A stretch of 63,747 nt of DNA, the filler included, from Folioceros fuciformis (Eukaryota), in assembly GCA_049999805.1 (NCBI GenBank). It is 6 parts of 6 records of this genome, joined end to end, with 100 filler letters (N's around TTAATTAATTAA, not from the genome) between each part and the next. Parts side by side here need not be neighbours in the genome. Positions count along the whole stretch, not along the records: positions 1 to 16,266 come from JBNGIO010005791.1; 5 more parts are not named here. One strand, 5' to 3'. This document shows, piece after piece, positions 1 to 12,840 of the stretch. The notes under the pieces were generated by a model. The model was not told the origin of the DNA and ran no database searches. It was given only the letters and a program-made list of their open reading frames with translations. Both the position numbers and the translations under genes were made by a program. How positions within the stretch are numbered: the first letter of the stretch is position 1; the number at the start of each line of letters is the position of its first letter.

Positions 1-540
1 GGGGAAATTGGAAGGGGAAGGAGCTAGATCAGCCTGTGGCGGCCTGGCTGGATTGATGGCAGTGCGGGCTGGAAAAATGGGTAGGAGAGGGGGAAAGGGG
101 GGAGGAAATGGCAGCACCGGCAGCGAGACAGCAGCGGGAGCAAGGCAGATCTAGCAGCGGGGCTGTAGATTGGGGAGGAAATCGAGACAGGGTAGGAGGG
201 GAACGGGAAAAGAAATCAGGGAGAAGACGGAGGCAGGCCTGGCCTTGCATCAGCCAAATCCTCCAGCTCGCCTCATACTCCTTCTGTGCTTGCCCTCAGT
301 CCCATCACCCGATCTACCTGCAATGTGGATCCAAAAGAAGAAGCAAGACAAAGAGATGGAGAGGGAAGAGGAAGAAGAGGAAGCGGGACAAGAAGGGAAT
401 GGAGGAGGAAGGGAGAAAGGGGGAGGGGGACGGGGGCGGCCGCAACCCCTGCCTCTAGCCCTAGCTAGGGCACGGCCTCCATGACCATTCAGCCCAGCCA
501 GGCAATCAACCAGCCTGACGTCAGACCCTAACCCTTGACA
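1..540 (-). mobile_element. Probable LTR fragment (starts TGTCAAGGG on minus strand) nested in the neighbouring gypsy LTR
   Basis: CCCTTGACA at 532-540 gives the same TGTCAAGG terminus seen at 6024(-) and 58326(+); abrupt switch from AT-rich LTR to GA/GC-rich low-complexity sequence. Confidence 0.45.
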
Positions 541-934
541 TTGACATACCCCACATATTCCCGTTCCTATGTTCAGACCATTATGTTATTATGTTATTAT
601 TTTATATTATTCTATTATTATTTAATCATTTAATATTATATATCTTTAATTAATATTAAACTAATCACCAGTTCTAGACTCAAACTTTCCCAACCCTATG
701 GCTCGGTACCGGACCTAGACTTTCCCAGGTCTGGGACCAAACCTATACCCACTCTTATAACCAAACCAACTATTTCCTAGTCAATTAACCTAATTAGCTA
801 AAAAAAAAAGGAAAAATGACCAGAAAATAAAGGAAAATTAGGGAAAATAAGTAGAAAAAGAAAACCAAACCATACCACTATTAACCCTTTTTCTAACCAA
901 AAAAAACTACTACCCCAAAATTTGGAGGTTCACA
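541..934 (-). mobile_element. 3' LTR (5' part) of Ty3/gypsy element, starting TGTGAACCTCC
   Basis: Minus strand reads PPT GAGAAGAGGGGCA (948-935) then TGTGAACCTCCAAA, just downstream of the integrase stop at 981; related copy at 58430(+). Confidence 0.8.
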
Positions 935-980
935 TGCCCCTCTTCTCAACTGTTTGCGTCCTCGCAAACAACTAACCCTC

Positions 981-3256
981 TCATGGTTGATAATACTTCT
1001 TGACTTGCCAACCATTGACCCTAGTTGGCAACAAACCACCATCCAATACCCTCAACTGGACAGACCCATTCTCAAACACTTCCTCCACCTTGTAAGGACC
1101 CATCCACCTCAACCTCAACTTACCTGGGAAATCCATGTACCTACTGTCATACAGTAGCACCAGATCGCCCTGTAGGATGGTCTCCTTCTTCCTCAACCTA
1201 CCATCATGGCGGGTTTTCCTTTGCTCTTGTATCCTATGTGTCTCCTCCAAGGCTTCTTCTCGGTCCTCCTCGTAGGTGAGGAAAGCTTCCAACCTAGCTT
1301 CTTGGCTCTCCCTCACCGGTAGCCTAGCCTCCTCCATGATACGGTGAGTGGGAATCTCAAACTCAATGGGAAGAACGGGGACATACCATAGGTCAAGTAG
1401 TATGGAGTCCTCTTCATGGTGATCTTCTCTGCTGTCTTGTAAGCCCAAAGTGCTGAATGCAACTTGGTGTCCCAATCATGCATGTGAGTCATAGTCACCT
1501 TGGTCAAGATGGTCCCCAAAAGATCATTGGTCTTCTCCGTCAACCCATTCGCCTTCGGATTGTAAGGAGTGGTCTTCCTATGACGAATGTTGAAGTAGGT
1601 GGTCAAGGCGGTGATGACTTCATTGAGGAAATGTGTACCTTTGTCGCTGACCAACTCCAACGGACACCCATAGCGTGTGATGATGTTCTCAAATAGAAAT
1701 TTGGCCACTGTTGGGGCATCGTCCTATTGGGTAGCCTCTGCCTCCACCATCTTGGTGCAGTAGTCCGTCGCCACTAGGATGTATTGCTTCCTTCTCCAGC
1801 GAGTAGGTGGACAAATCGGCCCTACAAAGTCGATCCCCCACTTCTCGCACAGAGCCAACGGCAGAATGTAGGTCAACGGCCACCTGGTTGTCAATGTGGG
1901 TCTCCCTACCCTTTGACAAGCATCACACCTTCTTACAAACTCCCACACATCCCTCTGCATGGTAGCCCACCAAAACCCAATATCCAAGATCTTCTTGATG
2001 GTAATGGGGACTGAATAGTGGCCTCCTGCCTCTTCCGCATGCAAAGCTTTGGTCACCACAACACCTTCATTCACTTCCAAACAACGCCTCACCTTACCAT
2101 CTGGGCCTAGTTTGTACAAGACCCCTTGCTTCAAACAATATGGGCCTATCTTGTGCAAGAACACTGCCCTACCCTCGCGGCTCAATCCAGCTGGCATGAT
2201 TCCAAACTCCAGAAATCTCCTCACCTTGGCTGGTAGCAACTGCCTAGCACAAGGCCTTCCCAACCTATCGCTATTGTGGCTCCTCTTCCTCCGAGCCTGG
2301 CTGACCTTCTAGCTGCTCTCAACCCTTGTAGAGGTTGCTCCTCCCTCACTGGCAACCTTTTCATTGAACTCTCCCTCTTTTTGCCGCATGTACAGCAGCA
2401 ATCAACTCCTCATCAGGAAACCTGTCATTCGTTTCTCTAACCTTCCCTTTGGTTTTGAGTCTAGAAACAAAGTCAGCATTAACATGGCTCTTCCCTGCTC
2501 TTGTTTCCACCTCAAAATCAAACTCCTGCAGCAAGAGAATCCCCCTAGCAATCCTCCCCGATAGCTCAGGCTTGTTCACAAGATACTTCAGAGCAAAGTG
2601 ATCCACATGAAATACTACCTTGCAAGCTAGAAGGTAGTGACAGAACTTCTTACAAGCGTAGATGATGCCCAAAGCCTCTACCTCCGTTGTGGAGTAGTTC
2701 CTCTCCGCATCCGTGAGTTGCCTTCCGGCATAGAAGATAGGGTGGTCCCTCTTCTTGTCATCTTGTTGGCTGAGGATGGCCCCCATAGCATAGGCTGACA
2801 CATCCATATACATATGAAAGGTCTTCTCCCAATTTGGTGGGCTCAATGTGGGTGCTGCCACCAAACTCCTCTTCAAGTCCTGAAATGCCTCCTCCCTCTC
2901 CGGGGTCCACTCATACGGCACATCCTTCTTCATTAGCTGGGTCAAAGCTGCAGACTTCTTAGCGAAATCCTTGATGAACCTCTTGTAATAACCCACCAAC
3001 CCAATGAAGGCTCTAACCTGTCTCACGCTCTGAGGTGCATCCATCTCGGAGATGATCTTCACCTTTTCCATGTCGACTTGCAACCCCTTGGCTGAAACTC
3101 TATGGGCTAGCAAGATACCTTCCGTCCTGCAAAAGAAACACTTCCCTGGATGCAACTTGAGGTTAGTCTCCCTACACCTCTGCAAGCATTTCCTCAGCTG
3201 TTCCAAGTGTAGGTTCCTCCTTCCAAAGACACAAAAGTCATCCAAGAACACCTCCC
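981..3256 (-). pseudogene. Degenerate Ty3/gypsy pol (RT C-half, RNase H, integrase) of non-chromoviral Athila/Tat-like type
   Basis: VFLDDF RT motif; RNase H (ERNYSTTEVEALG, LLLQEFDFEV); integrase zinc finger (LHAEEAGGH...CDAC), core (WGIDFVGP, ELVSDKGTHF), C-terminus WMGPYKV...VNGWQVKKYY without chromodomain; stops and frameshifts. Confidence 0.93.
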
Positions 3257-4384
3257 TGGCCGGCGTAGATAAGGCTGATGGCTGGCAGCAGAGAGCCTGT
3301 CCGGATCGGCAGGCCGGGTTGCAGGTAAGCGTTGCCAAGAGCGAACCCAAGCAAGCTGAGGGCTGGATCCAACACGCCGGAGCGGATCAGGCGGGGCATG
3401 CGCCGCTGGAGACCGGCCAGGCGGGGTGCAGGCGGCCTAGCTAGGCGGATGGCTGGTCGACGGCAGGGTCTCAAGCGGGGTGCCTACAGAATCCAGGCAA
3501 GTAAACGGAGCTAGGATGCGTGGAATTGGGCTCAACGGGATTGAGGCTGGAGGTAGGCAGCCGGGGCCGGGTCGGGGAGCGGCAAGCAGCTCAGCGATTG
3601 CCGGATCTGAAAGGTGTTAGGGCTGCTCGGATCCAAGCGGGTTGGCGATCGTAGCCGTCAGGCGAGCAGGCGACTGGCTGCCGATGGCCAGATCCGGGGG
3701 AGGCATGCTGGTAGGCAGGCTGCCCGGCAGCACGGTCGGGCCGCAGGCAGGCAACCAGTAGCGCAGGCAGCCCGGTCCGGCTGCGGACAGACTAGCGGCT
3801 GATGACTGGGGGGGCCTGCTGGTTGGTGGTGGTTTGCTAAAGAGCCTGGCTGGCAGCCATCCCGGCCTGGCAGCAGGCAGGGTCCAGTCAGGATCCAGGC
3901 CGCGCATCCTAGCAGGCGGCAAGATCCAGACCAGCTGACCAGGCAGGCTGGAACGCAGCAGGCTAGCAAACATGTTGGATTGAGGTGGGTGGTAGGCTAG
4001 GCAAGGGGCTGGTAGTTGGATCCAGGCGGCCAAGCCGGCTGGCTGGACAGTGGCTAGATGGCGGCCTGGATGAATCATGGCCACAGTAGTCAGTCTGCTG
4101 GAGTCTGGACAAGCGGCTTGTCGCGGCTGGAGCCAGGCAAGTGGACGGGTTGATCAGTTGATCGGCTAGCGGGGGTGGTTGTAGGCGGATCCAGGCAAGC
4201 ACGGGCGCTCGTCAGATGGCCAGGTCCGAAGGCAGGTGATGGCGAAGGGCTCTAATAGCGCTGTAGAGGGGTGCTGAATCAGGGCAGTGCGAAGCGGGGG
4301 CTGGTGTCCAAGGAAGAATACGGGCCCCATGGTAGCGATGTGTGCAATTGGATGGGGGCCGTATGCAGTGGTGAGATGACCCTT

Positions 4385-4487
4385 CAACCATCAGCACATC
4401 TCAACCATCATCAACCATCAGCACATCTCANNNNNNNNNNCATCAGCACATCTCAACCATCATCAACCATCAGCACATCTCAACCAT
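4385..4487. repeat. Tandem repeat, ~27-bp unit CAACCATCAGCACATCTCAACCATCAT, spanning a 10-N gap
   Basis: Units visible on both sides of N 4431-4440. Confidence 0.8.
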
Positions 4488-4924
4488 TAGCGGTCGGGGC
4501 AGCTTGCAGTTCTCGGACACGCTACAGGAGCACCTTCTGGATCTAAAGAATGAGCAGCAGTGGAAGTGTCAGCTTGTGTGGTGTTTCGGGTGCCTCCTCT
4601 GAAGGGGGGAAGCCGTGGGTCCGAGTTCCAGATGCCCGTGGGTCCACGTTCTAGATCCTGCTGGGGCTAAGAGGAGATCCGGCTGGGTTGTTGAGAGGGA
4701 GTAGGCTGAGAGGGAGTAGGCTTGCTGTCCACGGGGAAGAAGGGGGTGTTCTACGTGACACTCCAAGGATGATAGTCTGGATTCCTAGTCTTGAGCTACT
4801 GCCAGCTCATCTTAGTGCATGCAAGGAGGTATGAGCGAGTTAAGGGGAACAATTTTGAGAGGTACTAATGACCGCTGATGATTGTTGGTAAGAGCAACTA
4901 GCCCTGTCCAAGGGGTAGCAAGCA

Positions 4925-5000
4925 GTTAGGGTTAGGTTAGGTTAGGTTAGAGTTAGGTTAGGTTAGGTCAGAGTTAGGTTAGGTTAGGTCAGAGTTAGGG
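4925..5000 (+). repeat. Degenerate (TTAGG)n repeat
   Basis: gttagggttaggttaggttaggttagagttagg... Confidence 0.85.
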
Positions 5001-5444
5001 GCGGCGTAGATCAGAGAGAGACTATTGGGCGGTGGGTTGAGGCTAACCCTAGTAGGCAGAGATGGAGGTTTGGGCCAAGGTAGTATAAGAGGCCAAACCT
5101 GCCATTGAGGAAGGGGTAGCCTTCTGGTGTGATTCCCCTTGACCTTGTGTGCAGGCTACCGGATTGGAGTGGCTGATCCGATTTGAGACTAACTAAGGGC
5201 TTGATCCCCTTTGTCATTAGGGGGACGTGGTGGATACCTAGACTACCGAGATCCGTGTGGCCGAATTCGCAATGGCTAACCTCCTTGCACGCTGGCTGAG
5301 GTGAGGTGCTAGGGCCGTGAGCCAAGGGGGCTATCCAGCCCTAGGTCTCACCTTTGCCTTGAAGGCTGCTGCAAGGGGGAAGGCTATTGTGTTCCAAATT
5401 CCAGGAGAGAAGGGTTGAGTTGCAGATTTTGGGAGTGGAAGTGT

Positions 5445-5562
5445 TGAAGTGAGGAGTGGAGCTGAAGTGAGGTGCTGGAGGCTGAAGTGAGGCGCTGGAG
5501 GCTGAAGTGAGGTGCTGGAGGCTGAAGTGAGGTGCTAGAGAGTGAAGTGAAGTGCTGGAGTG
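5445..5562. repeat. 20-bp minisatellite GCTGAAGTGAGGTGCTGGAG, ~5-6 copies
   Basis: Units in register at 5461, 5481, 5501, 5521. Confidence 0.9.
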
Positions 5563-7970
5563 AAGGATTGAAATGCTGGGGTGGAGTGCTGAAGTTGGGA
5601 TGAGGAGTTGGCTGAGGTTGTGGTTCTCGTTCAGCTGCTAAGGTAGCTAGCACTAGGTGCTGAGAGTTGCAGGCCAGCGAGTGCCGGATTCTCCTTTCAG
5701 CTGCCGAGGTGTCCAGAGTTTGGAGTTGAGAGTGGAGGCCGAGGTTGGAGCCAAAGCTCCCTCTCAACCAGCGAGAGAGCTGTCTTGGAGTTGAGAGTTG
5801 GAGGCCGAACTTGGGGCTGGAGTCTCCTTTCAGCACTGAGATGATTGATACTTGGAGCTGGAAACGGGGGCTGAAGACAATGCTTCAGTCCTCATTTAGT
5901 TGAGGCTGGGGTTGGTGTTGTGGCAGGAGCTGAAGACAGGACCAGGAATTCTGACCTATTGCTATAGCATTAGGTATCAGCTGATAGATAGGGTGAGATT
6001 AGGGAGATGTAGGTAACCTTGACACTAGTTCAATTCCTTAGGAGCAAATCGTAAGACTACAACGACAATAAGGGGAAATGTGGCCCCTTGGTGGTTCTTG
6101 GGGGGTAAGAATCACTCCACAATGCACCTGCTGCCTAAGTTTGTATAGATACGCTTCATCGCGTTTCTTTAAAGGCAAAGGTGTCGGCACAACACAGTAC
6201 ATGCACATAGCGGAGCTTTCAGCTCAGCTCACAGTCTCACATTCGACCCATGTTAGAGAAGGCGAAGAGGAGACGTCCAATTCGTCATAATCCAACAAGT
6301 GGGAGTAAAGGAGTATTGATGTTGGCATAATGAGATTAGGGTTATATTATATCCAGTTTCACATTGTGTGTATAGGTTTAATATGTCTTACCTCTTTGCT
6401 AGGGTTACGACTGTTAGTAATAGTCACACCCATTCATGAATAGTTAAGTTCAAGTTTTAATGTTTTACCTACTCTCTTTTCTTGAATATATACAATTTTA
6501 TTTTTATAATAAATCTACATCTACATGTAATTTCTTAGACGCACGCGTGTGCCGATGGGTAGGTCCCACCATAGTGGCGGAATCCACTACCAAGGTGGCT
6601 GAATCCACTACTGTGGTTGTGGAACTCCCTACAGTAGTGGACTTAGGTACGATAGTGGAGTATGTCTAGGTAGGCATTGACAGTAGAGAGTTTAGAAGTC
6701 ATATGTTTAGAACAACTTGACACAAAACATTCCTTTAGGATCAAATCCTAGGACTACAATGACTTAGAGGGTGAATGTGGACCTCATTGTGTCCCTAGAC
6801 ACAAAATTTCACTCCACATAAGCTAGCTCCCCATGATCAGCAGATTAGAGAGAAAAGAGAATCCTTGGGAGACAGCTCCTCATGCCGTTCGCTCACAGCC
6901 CTCCTTTTCACTACTTCAACCAGCCCCGTATGCAACTTGTGCCTCTTCTAGCACAACCAGCCTGACCCCCAAATTCCTAGTCCACAGCACCCAACGAGTT
7001 GTCCTTTTCCACTACAACTTGGGTGACCGGCGTGCGAAAGCGCAAGGGAGGGGAAAAAAGAACAAATCCACGACCCTCCTACTCCAGTTGCTTTGTCCTG
7101 CTTACACACCCCTGGGATCTCGTCTCTAGGTTGCTCACAAATGGTTGCTTTCCCTAAGCTACCAAGCACTTGAGGACTTAGAGTGGTTGCATGTCACATG
7201 GGAACTTAGAGTGCTTGCATGCAGCCTCGTTTAGTAGGTCCCCTGCCCGGACCTCCTACCAAACCTAGTGGTTCACTACCAGACCACTTCCATCCCCCTA
7301 ACAAATCCATCCCACTGCTATCCCTCGAACGGATCCTCGTCACTTCTGTCTCCCGAAGAGACCCATCAAACTTCTGTCCCTCGGACAAATGCTTCTCCTT
7401 ACCATGCATGAACACCCCACTCACATATATAGCCGTTGAAAAATAAAATCAGAAACTAGAAACAAAGCCAAATAGGAAGGAACAAACCTTCCCTATACTA
7501 GCCGCATCTGTACATATTGTACCAAAATTGGAATGTTGGCCCAAAATTCTATGTTCCACACTATGCATGCTTAGGTGTATGAGTCAAAGAAGATTAACAA
7601 GTCTTGCATTGTAGAAGGTTGTGAAGGTAGTGGACCGTGCAAGTGATGGAGGAGGCAGGGACCAAGCACATCAACTACATGTTCATCTATGCCAAAGTGA
7701 ACTTCACAAGCTATGACCCCAAAGCCTTGGCGCTTCCATATGAGGTGACATCGAACTATGGATTGCTTACCTCGTGTTACCTTGGATTTCATGTGCTAGA
7801 GCACGCTAAGGAGCTAGATGTGCACATCTACTGAGTTGTGCAAGAGGTCAGGTTACTACCTCTCGATTCCTACATTGTGCACATGCAAACATCCCAAGAG
7901 AGGATTTGATATGTTCTGACTGTTAAAGGGACAAAATTCACTGTGAACATCGCAACCATGGACCCAACCA

Positions 7971-8506
7971 TCACGCGCACATGCGACAATATATACTGGC
8001 AGGGGATAATATCAAGCAACTTGCATGATGGTGCGCGTGATTCCTTGGCGCGCTCTTCTTCGGACAATCCTTCCTCTGAGCTGTTGCTCCTTTCTTTCCC
8101 ATGGAATCCTCTGTAGTACCTTCTAAAGGGTTCTTCCCTTCTGTGCAGCTTCCTTCCAAGGAGGAGGAGGAATTCCTCCTTTTTTTTCCTTTTGTGGACT
8201 TCCTCCCCTCCCTTTTGGGTTTCTTCTCCTCCCTCCTTGTCTTCTTCATTTCTTGTGAGTTTGATTCTTCATAATTCAGCGCTGCCCTTATTGCTATGTC
8301 TATACTCTTCTTCACTTGCAGCCTCACATGCCTCCCCATTTTCGTACTCAGTCCCTTAGAGAACCAACGTATGGCTTGTAGTTCTAAATGAGGGCCACTA
8401 CAATTACACAAGTTGTGAAACCTCTCAACATATGCTTGTAGGGTTTCCTTCCTTTTCATATGCATCCGCTCCAGCTTGGACAAAACGTAGCCCTCCACAT
8501 CGATCC
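7971..8506 (-). pseudogene. Ty3/gypsy gag fragment
   Basis: KLERMHMKRKETLQAYVERF...AIRWFSKGL...AIRAALNYEE resembles the retrotransposon gag capsid region, followed by a basic tail. Confidence 0.7.
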
Positions 8507-10611
8507 CCCTAAAATCTTTCACAAACCACTAAGTGGAGAAGAAGACAGGAAAGAAGGTGAAGTACCTTCATTCTGACAATGATGGTGAGTACACTTGAAA
8601 TGAATTGAAGGAGTACAGCAAATTTGAAGGTATCACTAGACACTTGACTGTTCCTGGTACCCCGAAGCAGAATGGAGTGAGTGAATGATTGAATCGGACA
8701 CTTCTTGAGAGAGCAAGAAGTATGTTGTGCAGTGCAGGACTTCCAAAGGAGTTTTGGGCAGAATCTGTGAGCACAGCTTGTTATCTCATCAACCAATCAC
8801 TGGCAACAGCACTGAATCTGAAGACACCTGAAGAAATATGGACAGGCAGACCTATGGACTACTCCAACCTACGAGTCTTTAGATGTCCAGCTTACGTGCA
8901 CATACAGCAAAGGTCTAAACTTGACCCCAAGTCAAAGAAAGCTATATTTCTTGGATATGGCATTTGAGTCAAAGGATATCGGGTATGGGATCCGACTTCA
9001 GATAAGGTGGTGACTAGTTGTGATGTGATTTTTGACGAGAAGTCTTTGGAGAATTCAGGAGTCAAAGAACCTTTGAGGGAGCAAACAGAGGTGAAGGGTA
9101 GTCTCGAGGTGGAGACTGGACCTTAAGACGGTGATAATGTTTTGGATGGTTTAATATCCGAAAGGTCTTCTCGACATCAAGAAGATGAAGATGAGGAGGA
9201 TCAGACTAAAGTTGGAAGAACTACCTTCATACCTTAAAGATCTTCGAGAATAAAGAAGCCTGTACCGAGGTATGGATATGACGAAGTGATTGCATTCGCT
9301 TGTGTAACTGAGCAGGGAGATCCTTCATCATACCAAGAGGCTAGGGAAAGCCCATATAACAAACAATGGCAGGCAGCCATAGAGGAGGAGGTAAAGTCAC
9401 TTGCGAAGAACCAAACGTGGGATCTTGTGGCGTTGCCTGTCGATAAGCACGTGATTGGCAGCAAGTGGGTTTTCAAATGAAAACCAATGAATGGAGCTTC
9501 AGGTGCCTTAAAATACAAGTATAAGGCAAGGTTAGTAGCAAAGGGGTATGCACAGAAGGAAGGTGTTGATTTCACAGAATTTTTTCGCTAGTAGTGAAAC
9601 ATACTTCCATTCGAGTTGTGCTTGCTATGGTGGCGGAGGAGGACTTAGAGTTGGAGCAACTTGATGATGTGATTGCATTCCTACATGGAGATCTAGATGA
9701 GGAGATCTACATGGAACAACCTGAAGGTTTTCGAAAGGGAGACAAGGTGTGTAAACTTCAAAAATCTTTGTATGGTTTGGAGCAGTCACCAAGGCAGTGG
9801 AATAAACCTTTTGACACATTTATTCGAAATCAAGGGTTTACGAAATCGAAGTATGATCCTTGTGTTTATTTCCAAAGGTGTATGAGAAGTCAGACATATG
9901 TGTTACTTCTCATCTCTGTTGATGACATGCTAATAGCTGCTCAGAGCATGGAGGAGATAGTGCGACTAAAGTCGTTACTAGCAGAGGAGTTCGAGATGAA
10001 GGATCTCGGAGCTGCGAAGGCTATCATCGGGATGGAGATTCAATAAGATCGGGAGAGAAGGAAGACCTGGTTATCTCAAAGGAGATACATAGAGAAGATC
10101 CTCCGAAGGTTTAACATGGAGAGTGCAACTCCGGTAAGCACACCTCTTGCATCACATTTTTTACTATCTTCTAAAACTTGTCCAAGTTCAGAAGAGGAGA
10201 AGAAGGACATGAGCAAGGTACCTTACAAAAGTGCTGTAGGGAGTCTCATGTATGCTATGGTGAGTACTCGACCATATACTTCATATTCAGTGAGTGTCAT
10301 GGCAAATCCAAGTCGAGAGCATTGGCTGGCTGTGAAGCGGATACTTCGCTATCTGAAAGGTACTTCAAAGGTAGCCATTGTTTTTGGCGGTGAGTCAAAG
10401 AATGTGATGGGTTATGTGGATTCAGATTATGCAGGAGATCAAGATACTCAAAGATCAACCACAAGGTTTGTGTTCATAATGGCTGGTGGACCAATCAGCT
10501 GGAAATCTACTTTGCAGGCAAGCATAGCTTTATCAACTACAGAGGCAGAGTATATGGCAGTAGCAAAAGCAGCAAAGGAGGGACTTTGGCTTCAAAGGCT
10601 GATAGCTGAGA
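8507..10611 (+). pseudogene. Degenerate Ty1/copia pol (integrase, RT, RNase H), Tnt1/Tork-like
   Basis: LHSDNDGEY, NRTLLERARSML, SKWVFK, LYGLEQSPRQW, SVDDML, GYVDSDYAGD, IALSTTEAEY; multiple stops and frameshifts. Confidence 0.93.
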
Positions 10612-10760
10612 AGTGTGTACCTTGGTCACTGACTAACTCCATCGAGCACCCATACCTAGTAATAACTTGTTCGAATAGGAACCTTGCCACCACATTCGCA
10701 GTATCCATAGGTAAGGCCTATGTCTCCACCATTCATGTACAATAATTGGTGGCCACCAAC
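10612..10760 (-). pseudogene. Short gypsy integrase-core fragment
   Basis: Minus frame reads VATNYCT*MVET*ALPMDTANVVARFLFEQVITRYGCSMELVSDQGTH, matching the integrase at ~1620-1780. Confidence 0.8.
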
Positions 10761-10873
10761 CGTTGTGCCACCCCATAGTGCGGGGTGCCTCCCCCAATGC
10801 CAAGGGTGTGGCATGCCAGGCCGCGCTGTGCGCGGATCGCGGCCGCGGGCACGAGGCGGAGGGATCAGGCCTC

Positions 10874-10953
10874 GGGCACGAGGCAGCCCGGATGCCGGCC
10901 GCGAGATCAAGCCCCGAGCACGAGGCAGCTCGGATGCCGGCCGCGAGATCAGG
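10874..10953. repeat. 42-bp GC-rich tandem duplication (GCACGAGGCAGCYCGGATGCCGGCCGCGAGATCA)
   Basis: Two near-identical units plus a partial upstream unit. Confidence 0.75.
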
Positions 10954-11357
10954 CCTGGGCCGCCCTAGCCCAGCTCTTAGCCGCCTGGTGGTGCAGCCAG
11001 ATCCGGAGCCCCGCAAGCATCCACGGGATGGTCTAATCCGGGTCGCTTGGTGGTGTGGCTGGATCCAGAGATGCGGGCGGCCAGATCTCGATCGCAGGGC
11101 AGGATACTCCAATCGTTAGCGATCGAATTTTGGCCGCAGACGGTCGGATTAGTCTCCCAACGCCAGGCGGGCCAGAATCGGGCTTGGGCCCATCATGTTG
11201 GCTTGAATTGTGGACAGGCTCGTGCGATGGTTCGAGGTCTACAAGTTGTGTCAGCCGATGCGGAATAAGGCGTGATTACCATAAGGGTAACTTTCAAAAT
11301 CTACATTATATTCAGACCGTTTCTAACTAGCTTTTGTTTGATTTGCATCGATTTTGA

Positions 11358-12535
11358 ATGATGATGTCCTCAGAAAACATTATGTTCAATATTGAGAAGT
11401 TAGATGGTACTAACTTCCCATTTTGGAAACAACAAGCGTATAATGTTCTAGTGCAAAAAAAGTAGATCAAGCTCACAAAGTCGCTAGGAGTGAAACCTGT
11501 TAGCATGACTCAGGATGAGTGGCAGGATCTAGATGAGTGTGCTAGATCTACCATCATGCTAACATTGTTGAAGTCGGTCTACTTCAATGTGAAAGACAAG
11601 ACCACAAGTTACGAGCTATGGCAGAAGTTGTGTGACCTGTATGAGAAGCAAAGTGTGGCTTCTCAAGTGTACTGGTTGAAACAGCTGTGGACTTGAAGAT
11701 GAAAGAAGGGACGAGGATGTCCGATCGTCTGAACGAGTTCATTACCATTTTCAGCCAGCTCTCATCTCAAGGTATCTCATTCCCATATTCCATGAGAGCT
11801 ATGTTTCTGTTGGTCACATTACTAGAGAGTGGAGACACCTTTTGTACAACTCTGAGTAATTCCGCTCCTGCCAGTGGTCTCACCATTGTAAATGTAGAAG
11901 GTAGCTTATTAATAGAAGAGGTGAACAGGAAGAATATGGAACCTTTGCAAGGCTCCAATGCCCTTATGGTGAGAGGAAGGTCCACTTCAAAGGGGAAGCA
12001 AAAGGAGCGAAGCCTTTCTCGTAGCAAATCTCGTAGTCGTAACAATGTTGAGTGTTATCATTGTCACAAAAAGAGTCACATCAGAAGGGACTGCGAGAAG
12101 TTCAAGAAGGACAAAGGAAAGGAGAAGAAGCAAAACGACAACAAGACAAGTGCAAGTATCAAGTCTGATGAGGTGAATTCTGTTGATGATGGAGATGTTC
12201 TTATCTCTTCTTCCTTAGATTCTGCACAATTGATAGCCGTGGATAGTGACTTATTCTCTAATTGGATGATTGACTCTGGAGCATCTTTCCATGTTACTCC
12301 GCATAGGGAGTGGTTTAGCACCTATGATGCTACTAGGAAAGGATGTGTTCGGCTTAGAAATAACTACACATGCGAGATTGCAGGCGTTGGTGATGTGCAC
12401 CTGAAGTTTGACAACGGATCTTTATTCATACTAAAGGATGTTAGGCATGTTCCGAAGTTGACAAAGAGCATGATTAGCACAAGGCAGTTGGATGACGCTT
12501 ACTACCACTGTTGGTTTGGGGATCATTCTTGGAAG
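11358..12535 (+). pseudogene. Ty1/copia gag-protease, truncated by a younger copia insertion
   Basis: IEKLDGTNFPFWK, zinc knuckle CYHCHKKSHIRRDC, protease WMIDSGASFH; stop and frameshift; ends at LTR start 12536. Confidence 0.9.
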
Positions 12536-12828
12536 TGTTGAGTTATCAAGCTCTATATGAGCTAAACTCATGTGGTGTTAGTTATCCCAGTTGGGTTCAT
12601 ACTAGACTAGTTCTAGTTATTAGTGAACTTAGGATAGTGTAGATTATCCCATATTGAACTTGGAAGTTGTGTAGCCCTAAATGTACTACTTAAATGGAGA
12701 CCTCGGACCTCCATAGTAAGACAGTGGTGATGTGTATTGTTTTCATGGTTGTGATCACCAATACCACCCTCTCTTCTCTCCTCTCCTCTCCTACACTTGC
12801 ACGTAGACTGGAGTCGATCCTATTGACA
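12536..12828 (+). mobile_element. 5' LTR of nested Ty1/copia element (TG...CA, 293 bp)
   Basis: Starts TGTTG where the host pol frame breaks; ends TTGACA immediately before the PBS. Confidence 0.85.
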
Positions 12829-12840
12829 TGGTATCAGAGC
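12829..12840 (+). other. Primer-binding site (tRNA-iMet)
   Basis: TGGTATCAGAGC directly after LTR CA. Confidence 0.92.

Larger units (their letters stand above)
3257..6024 (-). mobile_element. GC-rich, repeat-laden LTR-like insertion truncating the gypsy RT
   Basis: RT homology stops at ~3256; right boundary reads TGTCAAGGTTACC on minus at 6024; 5920-6118 is an inverted copy of 58230-58429; left boundary approximate. Confidence 0.55.

Noticed and set aside
3238-4400. Arg/Pro/Ala-rich ORFs in GC-rich tracts (also 59260-61816 and 10633-11330)
   Set aside because: Low-complexity by-products of GC-rich repeats; no domain signatures.
6565-6662. Degenerate 21-bp CCAC...GTGG hairpin-like repeats as a structured RNA
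   Set aside because: Too short and degenerate; lies in TE debris with no ncRNA family features.
6830-7860. Further protein relics (e.g. ORFs 7637-7834, 6948-7169)
   Set aside because: No motif I can identify with confidence.
12829-12840. tRNA gene
   Set aside because: Only the 12-nt PBS complement of the tRNA-iMet 3' end; no cloverleaf.
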